DNA of 19,377 bases from Longimicrobiales bacterium (GCA_965197725.1 CBDANQ010000035.1:1-19377), one strand, 5' to 3'. Positions 7,547 to 16,652 are shown, numbered from the stretch's first letter. Numbers and translations: made by a program. The notes: generated from the letters alone by a model not told the origin.

Positions 7547-7634
7547 CTTCTAGCGCTTGAACGTCGGACGCGCCAGCGACATCGTTCATGGAGTGCACAT
7601 CCGCGTGGGGCCTACGAGATCGACACACGTAGAA

Positions 7635-7661
7635 GCAACCCTGTGCGGGATACGGCGCATC
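7635..7661 (+). promoter_or_regulatory. Putative autoregulatory ECF promoter GCAAC-N17-GCATC
   Basis: AAC-type -35 at 7635-7639 and GCATC -10 at 7657-7661, ending 11 nt before the sigma ATG at 7673. Confidence 0.5.
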
Positions 7662-7672
7662 GAAGCGAAGGC

Positions 7673-8254
7673 ATGAAAGAGATCTCTGCGGGAGCCTCTG
7701 AGAGTCAGCTGATCCGGCTGGCCGCCGCTGGTGACGCCCGAGCGATCCGGACGCTGTACGACCGGTATTCGCCAAGGGTCTATGCGGTGGTGCGCCGAAT
7801 CGCCGGCGACGACGATGTGGCTCAAGATTATGCGCAGGAGGCCTGGATCCGAGCGATCCGGGCATTACCGACATTCAGAGGTGACGCGCGCTTCTCGACG
7901 TGGCTGCACCGGATCGCGGTGAACGCGGCGCTGCAGGCACTCCGGAGGTCGGAGACCAGAAAGAAGCGGGAAGGACCGGTACCCGATCAAGTACCGGTAG
8001 CGCCCCGCGGAGGTGATGCACTGTTGCAACAGCGGCTCGAGCGAGCTCTGGACGAGCTACCGCATGGAATGAGACGAGTCCTTATCCTCCACGATGTGGA
8101 GGGCTACACACATGAGGAGATCGGAGACACGCTGGGCGTGACCTCCGGCACATCGAAGTCACAGCTGTTCAAGGCGCGAGCGAAGATGAGAGACAAGCTC
8201 ACTGTCTTGGACGGCGCAGCGCAGGAAAATGGAGCAGAAGCATGGAGCATCTAA
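7673..8254 (+). CDS. ECF RNA polymerase sigma-70 factor (sigma 1)
   Basis: Region 2 AQDYAQEAWIRAIRALPTFRGDARFSTWLHRIAVN and region 4 LILHDVEGYTHEEIGDTLGVTSGTSKSQLFKAR. ATG 7673 is preferred over GTG 7643. Confidence 0.95.
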   Translation: MKEISAGASESQLIRLAAAGDARAIRTLYDRYSPRVYAVVRRIAGDDDVAQDYAQEAWIRAIRALPTFRGDARFSTWLHRIAVNAALQALRRSETRKKREGPVPDQVPVAPRGGDALLQQRLERALDELPHGMRRVLILHDVEGYTHEEIGDTLGVTSGTSKSQLFKARAKMRDKLTVLDGAAQENGAEAWSI

Positions 8255-8916
8255 ATACTGAGACGCTGGCGCGGTTGGTGGATCACGCTTCCCAGCCCGA
8301 GGAAGCGGTCCATATCGCCGAGTGTGAGGCATGCTCGGCAGAATTGGAAGCGATGCGCAATCAGACGGATGCGCTGCGCTCGCTGCCGGAGATCAGGCCT
8401 CCTCAGGGGGATTGGCATGACCTCGAAGCGCGCTTGCGCTCCGAAGGGCTGGTGGAGGACCCCGGATTGTTCCGCAAGATGGGCCTCGCTCGGACACCGG
8501 GATGGATGCGAGCAGCGGTCGCGATCATGCTCTTCCTCTCGGGCACCGGCGCGGGCGCGCTACTCACATCGCGGGGCGCGCTGGAGCCGCTGGGCGAGCT
8601 CGCGCTGCCCTCCAACTCGGCGCTGTTCGCAAATAGCACGAGCGTCGAGGAGGCAGCGTCCGCGGTGCGGGTGGCCGAACAGAACTACGTCGCGGCGATG
8701 ACTCGGTATCAGCAACTGCTGATCTCAGAGTCCGGCATCGACGCCGGGGTCGACCCGATGAGCCGGTACGCGGCGCTCGAGCACCTGGCCGCTGTCAGTC
8801 AGGCGGCGGTCCTACAGGCCCCGGGTGACTCGTTCCTGAACGGGCTGCTCGTCTCGGTGCTCGGTGAGCGGGAGGCCACGGCCCAGTTGGTCGCGAGCCA
8901 GGACAACTGGTTCTGA
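8242..8916 (+). CDS. Zinc-binding anti-sigma factor (ZAS/zf-HC2), single TM
   Basis: N-terminal His plus HxxxCxxC (HIAECEAC), TM segment AAVAIMLFLSGTGAGALL and a helical extracytoplasmic domain. Overlaps the sigma 3' end by 13 nt. Confidence 0.85.
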   Translation: MEHLNTETLARLVDHASQPEEAVHIAECEACSAELEAMRNQTDALRSLPEIRPPQGDWHDLEARLRSEGLVEDPGLFRKMGLARTPGWMRAAVAIMLFLSGTGAGALLTSRGALEPLGELALPSNSALFANSTSVEEAASAVRVAEQNYVAAMTRYQQLLISESGIDAGVDPMSRYAALEHLAAVSQAAVLQAPGDSFLNGLLVSVLGEREATAQLVASQDNWF

Positions 8917-9818
8917 TGCTCCTTCGAACGCTGTACGGTGTTGCGGCCGTCGGAGCGCTGATCCTGATGCCCACGTCTGTGCTGGCGCAGCGCGCTGACG
9001 CGCGGGTCGGACACGCGTCGCCCGGGTGGATCGGGATCTCTATCGACGTCAGGACACAGACCTCTAGCGATGGCGTGAGGGCGACGGTCGTGATCACGGA
9101 CGTGAACGATAGGAGCCCGGCACGCGCCGCCGGTCTGCGAACCGGAGATGTGCTTCTCCGCATCAACGACATCCGTGACGTGAGGGGCTTCGAGAACGTC
9201 GCCAGTCGGCTACATCTCGATCCCGGCGACCCGGTGCAAATCGTGTACGTGAGAGACGGAAGACGGCACCAGATCAATCTGACGGCGGGTGATCGCTCCC
9301 CACCCGTGTCCACGCCCGTCTATACGTTTCGTTTGCAGCCTGACTCCATGGTCGAGGCCGCGTTTCGGACGATGAACTCGCTCCGCGTACGGCTCATGCA
9401 AGCCCGTGGCCGCAACCTCCCGCTCGTTGACCCGGCGCTCGACCCCCCGGACCCGGTGATCGCCCGCATCAGGGCGCGCGAAGTCCTTGAAGTCCAGGTG
9501 AGGGAGCCGGAAGCTGAGTTTCGACCCCTCGCGCCGTACCTGCTCGGTCAGAACCGAGCCGTAGGCGCTGAAGTGATCGATCTGCGCCCAGAGTTGGCGG
9601 CATACTTCCAGGTCGACGGGGGCGTGCTCGTGACCGACGTGCCGAACCACACGCCTGCCGCGGCAGCGGGGATCAAGCCCGGCGACGTAATCATCCGGAT
9701 CGATGACGTCGCCGTGCGGTCGGTGCAGGGTCTGCGACTGGCACTGTCCCGAGCCGACTCGACGATCCCACTGACGCTGGTTCGCAAAGGGGCGACTGTG
9801 ACGGTTCTCCTGCGATAG
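8916..9818 (+). CDS. Exported tandem-PDZ protein with no protease domain
   Basis: Signal peptide ending VLA|Q. PDZ1 is GWIGISI...VITDVNDRSPARAAGLRTGDVLLRIN and PDZ2 is VGAEV...GGVLVTDVPNHTPAAAAGIKPGDVIIRID...LTLVRKG. No trypsin GNSGG motif. TGATG coupling to the anti-sigma. Confidence 0.88.
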   Translation: MLLRTLYGVAAVGALILMPTSVLAQRADARVGHASPGWIGISIDVRTQTSSDGVRATVVITDVNDRSPARAAGLRTGDVLLRINDIRDVRGFENVASRLHLDPGDPVQIVYVRDGRRHQINLTAGDRSPPVSTPVYTFRLQPDSMVEAAFRTMNSLRVRLMQARGRNLPLVDPALDPPDPVIARIRAREVLEVQVREPEAEFRPLAPYLLGQNRAVGAEVIDLRPELAAYFQVDGGVLVTDVPNHTPAAAAGIKPGDVIIRIDDVAVRSVQGLRLALSRADSTIPLTLVRKGATVTVLLR

Positions 9819-9824
9819 CTGCGG

Positions 9825-11039
9825 CTACTCGTGCCTCAGGGCGTCGATCGGATCCAGCACAGACGCCCTGCGCGCGGGCCAGATGCCGAAGAAGAGCCCG
9901 ATCGCGGCACTGAAGCCGAGCGCGACCGCCACCGCCTGGGGCGCCACGACCGTTTCCCAATCGGCGATCCTCGTCATCATCTCCGCCGCCCCGTAGCCAA
10001 CAGCCACCCCCAGGAAGCCGCCCAGGACACACAGGAAGAGCGCCTCGACCAGGAACTGAGTCATGATGGCGCGGCGTGTAGCGCCCAGCGCCTTGCGCAC
10101 GCCGATCTCGCGGGTCCGCTCGGTCACGGACACCAGCATGATGTTCATGATGCCGATTCCCCCCACGAGCAAACTCACGCCGGCAATACCGGCGAGAAGA
10201 AGCGTGAACGTCTCGTTCGTTTCGTTGAACGTCTCGAGAAGATCTGAGGAGTTGCGGATGTTGAAATCCGCATCCTCGCCGGGGCGAATGCGATGCTTTC
10301 GACGCATGACTCGATCGATCTCGCCGTACGCCTGGTCGAGCTCCTCGGTGCTCTCAGTCGCGGCATAGATCGCGTTCAGCCGGTCCTTGCCCCCCATCAC
10401 GCGAAACTGCGCCGTGGATTGCGGAATGAAGATCTGATCGTCCGGCCGGACCCAGGCGGCGTCGCCCTTCTCCGCGAGCACCCCGATGACCTCGAAGGGG
10501 ATGCCCCGGAGCTGAATCGTCTGGCCGATGAGCAACTCGGGAGGAGTCTCGCCGAGACTCGTGGGCAGATTGTGCCCGAGGACCGCGACCCGTCGGCGCC
10601 CGCGCAATTCACCCTCTGAGAAAAAGCGCCCGCTGACGACCTCGTGGTTGTAGATCTCGAAGTATTCCGGCCAAACGCCCATCAGCGTGTTGCTGGAGTT
10701 CCAACGCAGGTAGGCGACCTGCATGCGTGCTTGCTGCTCCGGCGAGACCTTCAGAAGCCCGAGCGTCTCACTCCTCAGCGCCTCGGCGTCCTCGATCGAC
10801 AGTTGAGCGTCCCCACGCGAGATACCAAAGGAGAACTGCTGGCCGGGACGGATCGTGAGAACCGTGGTGCCCATGGTCTCGATCTGCCGTTGCACACGCT
10901 GCTGGGCGCCCTCGCCAAGCGCGACCATGGTGATCACCGCCCCGACACCGATAACGATGCCGAGGGTCGTCAGGACGGACCGCAGGATGTTGGCCCGTAT
11001 CGCGCTCATCGCAACCACGATGATCTCGAAGACAAGCAT
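9825..11039 (-). CDS. ABC transporter permease, MacB/FtsX family
   Basis: LRSVLTTLGIVIGVGAVITMVALGEG, SLLVGGIGIMNIMLVSVTERTREIGVRKALGA and GLFFGIWPARRASVLDPIDALRHE. Confidence 0.95.
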   Translation of the reverse strand: MLVFEIIVVAMSAIRANILRSVLTTLGIVIGVGAVITMVALGEGAQQRVQRQIETMGTTVLTIRPGQQFSFGISRGDAQLSIEDAEALRSETLGLLKVSPEQQARMQVAYLRWNSSNTLMGVWPEYFEIYNHEVVSGRFFSEGELRGRRRVAVLGHNLPTSLGETPPELLIGQTIQLRGIPFEVIGVLAEKGDAAWVRPDDQIFIPQSTAQFRVMGGKDRLNAIYAATESTEELDQAYGEIDRVMRRKHRIRPGEDADFNIRNSSDLLETFNETNETFTLLLAGIAGVSLLVGGIGIMNIMLVSVTERTREIGVRKALGATRRAIMTQFLVEALFLCVLGGFLGVAVGYGAAEMMTRIADWETVVAPQAVAVALGFSAAIGLFFGIWPARRASVLDPIDALRHE

Positions 11040-11049
11040 GGATCAGCCG

Positions 11050-12552
11050 CTACCTACGAGGCCCGCGTCCGCCGCCCAGACCGCGCCGCGGGCCACCACC
11101 GAAGGGGTTACCCCCGCCAATGCGCTCCCGCACCCGATCTAGGAACGCCTGCTGCTGGGCCATGAGCTGTGCGGCGCCAACGACAACCAGCACCTCGCCT
11201 TCCTCGACGCCGCTCACGATCTGCGTACGGTCCCAGTCGTTGAGGCCGATCCGCACCTGTCGGGGCGTCGGCACCGAGTCGGCGCTCATCACGAATACGA
11301 CCGCGGGCCGAGCTTCACGCGGCGGACCGCCTTCCCCACCCATGCCTCCGACGCCCGCCATCGTGCTCTGAATGCGCGCACGCATCTCCTCCTGGGTGAT
11401 TTCGCCGGCCTTCAGTTGGGCGCGAAGTGCTCGCATCTGAGCCGCGGCAGCGCCGCCAAGACCGCTTCCGCGCTCAGGGCCACCCGCGGATCGTCCGTCG
11501 CCGCCCGGCTGGGCCCCCTTACCGCCTCGACTGAAGCCGCCCGGCCCGCCGACGCCACCTCGGCCCGCGCGCATGAACTCGGACAGATCCATGTTGTCGA
11601 CGTCGAGGCCGAGCGCCATCGCCGCCGGACCGACGTCCGTCGTCTTCACGATCGCGTTGTTGGGAACGACCAAAACGTTCACAGCTTCATCCACCATCAC
11701 TTCGACTTCAGCGTTCATGCCCGGCTTCAAGAGCCGTCCGCGATTGTCGATGCTTACGATGACCGGGAACATCGTCACGTTCTGTACGACCGTCGCTTGT
11801 GGCTCGATCTTCTGGACCGCGCCGCGGAACGTGCGATCGGGGTACGCCTCCACCGTCACGTTGGCGACCATGCCGGGTGACAGCTGGCCCATGTCCGTTT
11901 CGTCGACGAGCGTGCGAACCTGCATTTCGCCGAGGTTCGCCATCAGGAAGAGCGTGGTCCCACCGGACACGTTGCCGGATGCGGACTGAATGACCATGCC
12001 CTCTTCTACGTTCTTCTGGATGATCGTGCCCCTCATCGGTGCCGTAATGCGCACGTCCTCGAGCTGGAGCACCGCGAGGTCATGGTTCGTCCGAGCCTTC
12101 ACGAGGTTAGCTCTCGAGTTGGCATACTCGACCCGAGCCCCTTCGTGCTCCTGAGCCGTGATGACCTCCCGCTCGAGCAGCTGATTCGAGCGCTCGAGTT
12201 GGGACTCGGCGATCTCGAGCCGAACCTGCGCCACCTCGAGGTCCGCTTCGGTCTGATCGAAACGGTTCTGCACGTCTCGAGGGTCGATGTCCGCGAGCAG
12301 CTGCCCAGGCCGTACCTCGTCACCAATGTCGGCGTGCAGCCTCAGAATCTCTCCGGACGCTTTCGACTTGACCTCGACCTCGCGGATCGGCTCCACCGTA
12401 CCGGTGGCCTCGGCGCTGATCAGGAGATTGCCTCTCACGACCTCGACGGTCTCGACGCTCGAGACCGCTTCGGCCACCTCACCCCTCTCACAAGCATGGA
12501 CCGAGACGACGAACAACCCGAGGAGCGCGAACCGCGCGATCAACTTCGTCAT
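11050..12552 (-). CDS. Efflux periplasmic adaptor (MFP, MacA/HlyD-like), predicted lipoprotein
   Basis: Lipobox-like [25 protein letters not shown], an alpha-hairpin, [15 protein letters not shown] and [11 protein letters not shown]. Contains a Gly-rich insertion and tail. Confidence 0.93.
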   Translation of the reverse strand: MTKLIARFALLGLFVVSVHACERGEVAEAVSSVETVEVVRGNLLISAEATGTVEPIREVEVKSKASGEILRLHADIGDEVRPGQLLADIDPRDVQNRFDQTEADLEVAQVRLEIAESQLERSNQLLEREVITAQEHEGARVEYANSRANLVKARTNHDLAVLQLEDVRITAPMRGTIIQKNVEEGMVIQSASGNVSGGTTLFLMANLGEMQVRTLVDETDMGQLSPGMVANVTVEAYPDRTFRGAVQKIEPQATVVQNVTMFPVIVSIDNRGRLLKPGMNAEVEVMVDEAVNVLVVPNNAIVKTTDVGPAAMALGLDVDNMDLSEFMRAGRGGVGGPGGFSRGGKGAQPGGDGRSAGGPERGSGLGGAAAAQMRALRAQLKAGEITQEEMRARIQSTMAGVGGMGGEGGPPREARPAVVFVMSADSVPTPRQVRIGLNDWDRTQIVSGVEEGEVLVVVGAAQLMAQQQAFLDRVRERIGGGNPFGGGPRRGLGGGRGPRR

Positions 12553-13256
12553 ACCGTCGCCCCCGCCGGTTCGCTGAGGCAGTCCTGCTCGATGAGCCCG
12601 TCCTTCAGGTGCACCTGCCGCTTCGAGTACTCGGCGATGTCGCGCTCGTGTGTCACCAGGACAATCGTCTGTCCCTGCGCGTTCAGCTCGGCGAGCTGGC
12701 GCATGATGGCCCCGCTCGTCACCGAGTCCAAGTTACCCGTCGGCTCATCCGCGAGCAGAAGGTCCGGGTCGTTCACAAGCGCGCGCGCGACGGCCACTCG
12801 CTGGCGCTGACCGCCGGACAGCTCGGGAGGCTTGTGACCCATGCGATCACCGAGCCCAACCAGCTCCAGCTTTCGTACGGCGCGCGCTCTGCGCTCTTTG
12901 CCCCTCATGCCCGCGTAGATGAGCGGCAACTCGACGTTGTGCAACGCCGTGGCGCGTGGCAGCAGATTGAAGGTCTGAAAGACGAAGCCGATCCTTTGAT
13001 TCCGCACCCGCGCCAGCTGGTCGTCTGTCAGCTCGCTGACCAGTTGGCCGCTCAGCCAGTACTTGCCCTCGGTGGGCGTATCGAGACACCCGATCATGTT
13101 CATGAGCGTGGACTTGCCGCTGCCCGATGGTCCCATGACGGAGACGAACTCTCCCCCATGGATCTCGAGGTCCACACCCCGCACCGCACGCACCGTCTCC
13201 GCGCCGAGCACGTAGTCCTTCTTCAGACCCTCTGTCTTGATAATGAGATCGCTCAC
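12549..13256 (-). CDS. ABC transporter ATP-binding protein (MacB/LolD family)
   Basis: Walker [11 protein letters not shown]-loop GFVFQTFNL, signature LSGGQRQR, Walker [13 protein letters not shown] and H-loop VTHE. GTG start overlaps the tolC-like stop. Confidence 0.97.
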   Translation of the reverse strand: MSDLIIKTEGLKKDYVLGAETVRAVRGVDLEIHGGEFVSVMGPSGSGKSTLMNMIGCLDTPTEGKYWLSGQLVSELTDDQLARVRNQRIGFVFQTFNLLPRATALHNVELPLIYAGMRGKERRARAVRKLELVGLGDRMGHKPPELSGGQRQRVAVARALVNDPDLLLADEPTGNLDSVTSGAIMRQLAELNAQGQTIVLVTHERDIAEYSKRQVHLKDGLIEQDCLSEPAGATV

Positions 13257-14560
13257 AACTCCGTCCCCAGAATCGACTCGAGCTCAGCTCGGGCCAGCAC
13301 ATAGTCGTATCGTGACGTGACGACATCGACGCTGGCTTGATCGGCCGCATTCTGGCTGATCAGGACGTCGAGGATGGTCGCCACACCCACGGAATACCGT
13401 TCGCGGACCACTCTGAGGTCCTCCCCTGCTACGAGCTCCGCCTCCTGAGCAATCTCGATGGCCCGTTCCGCGGTGCGCAGGTTGTACAGTGCGGCGTCCG
13501 CTTCCTGTCGCGCCGCAAGTCGGGAGTCGTCCTCCTGCAACCGCGCGACCCGCTGTGAGAACTGCGCCCGGTCAAGGAATGACTCCCGCTGGAAGTTGTT
13601 AAAAATCGGGTAGGAGAGATTCAGGCCGAGGCTCCAGCTGGTGCGGCCGCCGTTGAACGAGCGCTCCTGATTGTTCCAGCTGTATCCGCTCGACATCGAC
13701 AGCGTCGGCAAGTATCCGGTCTGCGCCGACCGCACCGAAGCAGCAGCCGCGCGCGTCACATACGCCGCTGCGACGACCGTCGGTGAAGCTGCCTCGGCCA
13801 GCTGCATGATCTCGGCCTCGGTGAGCGGGAGCTCTGATGGCTCCAGATTATCCGGACGGGCCGGGATCACGGGCGCGGGCTCGCCGATCTGCCGCCCCAA
13901 CGAGAACCGGGCGGCACGCAGAGCCGTTTCACCCTGGAGAACCGCCTGTCGGGCGTTCACGAGGTCCAATCTCGCCCTCAAGGAATCCGAGATTGTCGCG
14001 CGCCCTACCTGGGATCGAGCCCTTACGATTTCCATGTTCTGCCGTGCCTGCTCGACGCGCCGCCGAGAGACTTCCAGCAGGTCGGACTGTCGTAGCGAGG
14101 CGAAGAACAGGTTCTTCGTTTGCAGAGCGACGGAGAACCGCTGGCTCTCCCGACGCGCCACGGCAGCCTGCATGTCCGCGTCCGTTCGGTCGAGCTCCGC
14201 GAATCGGCTGCCGCCCCGGAAGATGTCGACGCGCCCTGAGAGCCCGGCGGAATACGAGTCCGAGCTGCCACCGATGATCTGCCCGGTATTCGGGTCGAGC
14301 ACGTTGGCGCTGCGCAGGGAACCGCCCGTGTTCGCACTCAGATTGGGCAGGAAAGCCCCCCACGCCGAGCGTTCGGCGAGCGCAGCGTTCTCCACCGCCT
14401 GCTCCTGCTGCAGCATCTGTGGGCTGCGACCCAGAGCACGCTGAACGGCCTCTTCGAGGCTCATGGTCTGCTGCGTGTCGGCGGAGCTGGGCGCGAGGAC
14501 CGCAAGGCCTGCCAGCACGCAGGCCGCGGCACGGGCAGAAGACCGGCTGGTCGCTTTCAT
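13253..14560 (-). CDS. TolC-family outer-membrane efflux channel
   Basis: Signal peptide, [11 protein letters not shown], two OEP repeats ([36 protein letters not shown]) and [11 protein letters not shown]. Start moved to ATG 14560, 4 nt after the upstream stop. Confidence 0.92.
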   Translation of the reverse strand: MKATSRSSARAAACVLAGLAVLAPSSADTQQTMSLEEAVQRALGRSPQMLQQEQAVENAALAERSAWGAFLPNLSANTGGSLRSANVLDPNTGQIIGGSSDSYSAGLSGRVDIFRGGSRFAELDRTDADMQAAVARRESQRFSVALQTKNLFFASLRQSDLLEVSRRRVEQARQNMEIVRARSQVGRATISDSLRARLDLVNARQAVLQGETALRAARFSLGRQIGEPAPVIPARPDNLEPSELPLTEAEIMQLAEAASPTVVAAAYVTRAAAASVRSAQTGYLPTLSMSSGYSWNNQERSFNGGRTSWSLGLNLSYPIFNNFQRESFLDRAQFSQRVARLQEDDSRLAARQEADAALYNLRTAERAIEIAQEAELVAGEDLRVVRERYSVGVATILDVLISQNAADQASVDVVTSRYDYVLARAELESILGTEL

Positions 14561-14564
14561 GGAT

Positions 14565-14999
14565 CTAGTCCCGGTCGTTCTTCTCGTTCCGCTCGGCCTT
14601 TCGCCGGTCGAAGTCGTCGAGCAACGCCTGATAATCCGCAGCCTGCTCGTCCGAGAAGACCTCCTTGATCGCACCCCGTGTGTCCTGAATCAGCGCTTCG
14701 TACCGTGGGTTGTAGGCGCTACGAAACTCCTCGTGCAGCCCGTACATCCGGGCGCGATGGTCCTTCACGATCGAATCGATAAGAACCCTCTGATCCGCCG
14801 AGGGTCCGACCTGCTCATACATCGGTGTGCGCGGTCGGCGTTCGCCGTTACGCTCTTCGCCGGCCGCGTTCTCGGAGACAATCTGGGAGGGCTCAGCGCC
14901 CAGGTCGCCGTCACCCGCAAGGCCCAACAGGACGCCCGACGCGAAGACCGCCACGAGCACCACCGCGGTTACGAGCCTGGTACGTGATCCGTGTTCCAT
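14565..14999 (-). CDS. Membrane-anchored or periplasmic helical protein, Spy/CpxP/CnrX-like
   Basis: N-terminal TM (LVTAVVLVAVFASGVLLGLA) and two LTxxQ-like motifs (GPSADQ, FSDEQ) flanking long helices. TAATG coupling to the upstream gene. Confidence 0.7.
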   Translation of the reverse strand: MEHGSRTRLVTAVVLVAVFASGVLLGLAGDGDLGAEPSQIVSENAAGEERNGERRPRTPMYEQVGPSADQRVLIDSIVKDHRARMYGLHEEFRSAYNPRYEALIQDTRGAIKEVFSDEQAADYQALLDDFDRRKAERNEKNDRD

Positions 15000-15409
15000 T
15001 AGAAGATCTCCGAAGCAAAGGCGACCGCGCCATTGGTTTCCGGGGCGAGCAGCGTCGGAATCGTCTCGCCTTCGACTTCGTTGACCAGGAGTTCCTCGAC
15101 GCCCACCGGCCGCGGCGCCGGAGCGTCAGCGCCACGGACCAACAGCAGGCCGGCAAGCGCCGCGGCCAGAGCCGCGGTGGAGACCACGCCCCGCGCCCAG
15201 GAGCTCATCACGTCCGCCACGGTTGGCTCATGCATGAGCCGGCGTCGCGCCAACTCGGCCGTCACGTCGCTCAGAACCCACGAACGGAAGTGGAACCAGT
15301 AGTTCGGATCTTGCCGCGCCGGATTGAGAAGACCCAGCGCCTGAGCCAGCTCCTCGTCCTGACCGAGCTCGTCTGCGTGGTGCGACTCGCCGTGCACCTT
15401 GTCGCTCAT
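14999..15409 (-). CDS. Putative short single-TM anti-sigma factor
   Basis: ATGA overlap with the ECF sigma. Helical N-domain (PARQDPNYWFHFRSWVL), TM VVSTAALAAALAGLLLV and a short external tail. No Zn motif. Confidence 0.7.
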   Translation of the reverse strand: MSDKVHGESHHADELGQDEELAQALGLLNPARQDPNYWFHFRSWVLSDVTAELARRRLMHEPTVADVMSSWARGVVSTAALAAALAGLLLVRGADAPAPRPVGVEELLVNEVEGETIPTLLAPETNGAVAFASEIF

Positions 15410-15969
15410 AGAGCCTTCCTCTGTAAGTCGGGCCCCGCCGGCATCCCGCCCAGTGACACCCGCAACGCTTTCCTCGCGAAGTGGAGGTGCGACCGAACCG
15501 TGCCGGAGGGCAACCCCAACCGATCCGCGATCTCACGGTGTTTCCAACCCTCCAGATCGTGCAGTAACACGATCTGCCGTTGTGCTTCGGGAAGCGCGGC
15601 GAGCGCCTCCTTCAACATCCCTCTCAACTCCGAGGTCTCAGCGACCCGGTCCGGCGTCGGCACCAGCGACCGGACCCTCGGAGGAACCTGATCCGTATGC
15701 CTCAACGACTCCCGTCTCACGAGGTTGCGAGACCGGTTCCGCACGATGGTCATCAGCCACCCCGCAAATCGCTCAGGACTCCTGCACTCGTCGAGCCGCT
15801 GCAGCGCTACCAGGAAAGACTCCTGCGCTGCGTCCTCGGCATCCTCATGCCGGCCCGTGACGGATAGCGCAACCGCATAGGAGGCCCTTTGATACCGCTC
15901 CACGAGCTGCCCGAAGGCGAACTCATCGCCCCGTTTGGCTCGGTGGACCAGATCACCGTCAGTCGGCAT
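15406..15969 (-). CDS. ECF RNA polymerase sigma-70 factor (sigma 2)
   Basis: GDEFAFGQLVERY, DAEDAAQESFL, FAGWLMTIVRN and LLHDLEGWKHREIADRLGLPSGTVRSHLHFARKAL. Start is ATG 15969 or GTG 15990. Confidence 0.95.
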   Translation of the reverse strand: MPTDGDLVHRAKRGDEFAFGQLVERYQRASYAVALSVTGRHEDAEDAAQESFLVALQRLDECRSPERFAGWLMTIVRNRSRNLVRRESLRHTDQVPPRVRSLVPTPDRVAETSELRGMLKEALAALPEAQRQIVLLHDLEGWKHREIADRLGLPSGTVRSHLHFARKALRVSLGGMPAGPDLQRKAL

Positions 15970-15985
15970 GTCGGATCGCTCTAAA

Positions 15986-16011
15986 GACACCGCAGAGCTG
16001 CGCCTTGTTGA
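15986..16011 (-). promoter_or_regulatory. Putative proximal ECF promoter TCAAC-N16-GTGTC
   Basis: Minus strand TCAAC (16007-16011), 16-nt spacer, GTGTC(TTTA) (15986-15990), upstream of ATG 15969. Confidence 0.4.
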
Positions 16012-16114
16012 AGAACCGCCCCCGTCGCAGACAAGCTACAGCACGGGGCGGCCTCGGGGCACCGGAGGGTTCGAATCGCACACCATATCGAGACCGCCAG
16101 CGTCCCCTTCGTTA

Positions 16115-16141
16115 GACACGGACGTCCCCGCCGGAGGCTCC
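16115..16141 (-). promoter_or_regulatory. Putative distal ECF promoter GGAGC-N17-GTGTC(TAA)
   Basis: Same GTGTCT -10 as the proximal site, with a GGAGC -35 and 17-nt spacer. Confidence 0.35.
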
Positions 16142-16169
16142 TACGGGCGCGAGGAGGCCGCCATTCGCG

Positions 16170-16652
16170 TCAAGAGCGGCGGCGCTCGCTGATCTCGGAG
16201 AAGAACCCTGGGCGTCGGTCGGGGTCGGCGGGTTCGCGGCTCTCGGCGAGGGCCGTCTCCAGGTCACCCGCGGTCATGTCCGCAAGGAGTCCACCGACGA
16301 CGAGCGCTTCGCGATCTGGCAGGGAGGTCGCCGACTGCGCCTTCCAGAAGCCCAACAGCAGAAGGGGCGTCTTCATGGCGGAGGCACCCCCGGAACGACC
16401 CCGGACACGGACCGTCCATGACGTCCCGTCGACTTCCACGGTAGCCTCACCGACGTCGGGCTCTACGTGTGTGGTCTCGCCGGGGGAGACGCCGCACGTC
16501 GCGAGGTCCCGCACCGGTGTCGGTTTGCCGGACTCACGTGCCTGGCGCGCGGCTAACGGAGCGTCGCGACCAACAGTCGGAGACTGAGGCAGACGCGCCG
16601 AAGGAGGCTTTGCGCCGGATCGCCCCTCTTTTTGGTCGTGCGCGTCGGTCAT
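16170..16652 (-). CDS. Hypothetical protein (160 aa)
   Basis: ATG-initiated ORF filling the gap. Disordered N-terminus, then a folded-looking beta/alpha core (ATVEVDGTSWTVRVRGRSG...LLLLGFW...REALVVG...LETAL). No family recognised. Confidence 0.6.
   Translation of the reverse strand: MTDAHDQKEGRSGAKPPSARLPQSPTVGRDAPLAARQARESGKPTPVRDLATCGVSPGETTHVEPDVGEATVEVDGTSWTVRVRGRSGGASAMKTPLLLLGFWKAQSATSLPDREALVVGGLLADMTAGDLETALAESREPADPDRRPGFFSEISERRRS

Noticed and set aside
7500..7874. Minus-strand ORFs crossing the sigma 1 start and the MITE end
   Set aside because: They are antisense to the ECF sigma, have no motifs and run through a repeat.
9816..9827. TAGC-TGCG-GCTA mini inverted repeat as a bidirectional terminator
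   Set aside because: The stem is formed largely by the two stop codons, is too short and has no U-tract.
12082..15860. Several 150-290 aa plus-strand ORFs (12082, 12609, 13671, 14463, 14825, 15399)
   Set aside because: They are antisense shadows of the efflux/ECF operon.
16006..16015. TGTTGAAGAA as a third MITE end
   Set aside because: Only 10 nt match, and it lacks the AAGGC terminus and YTAR flank. It is equally explained as an ECF -35 element.
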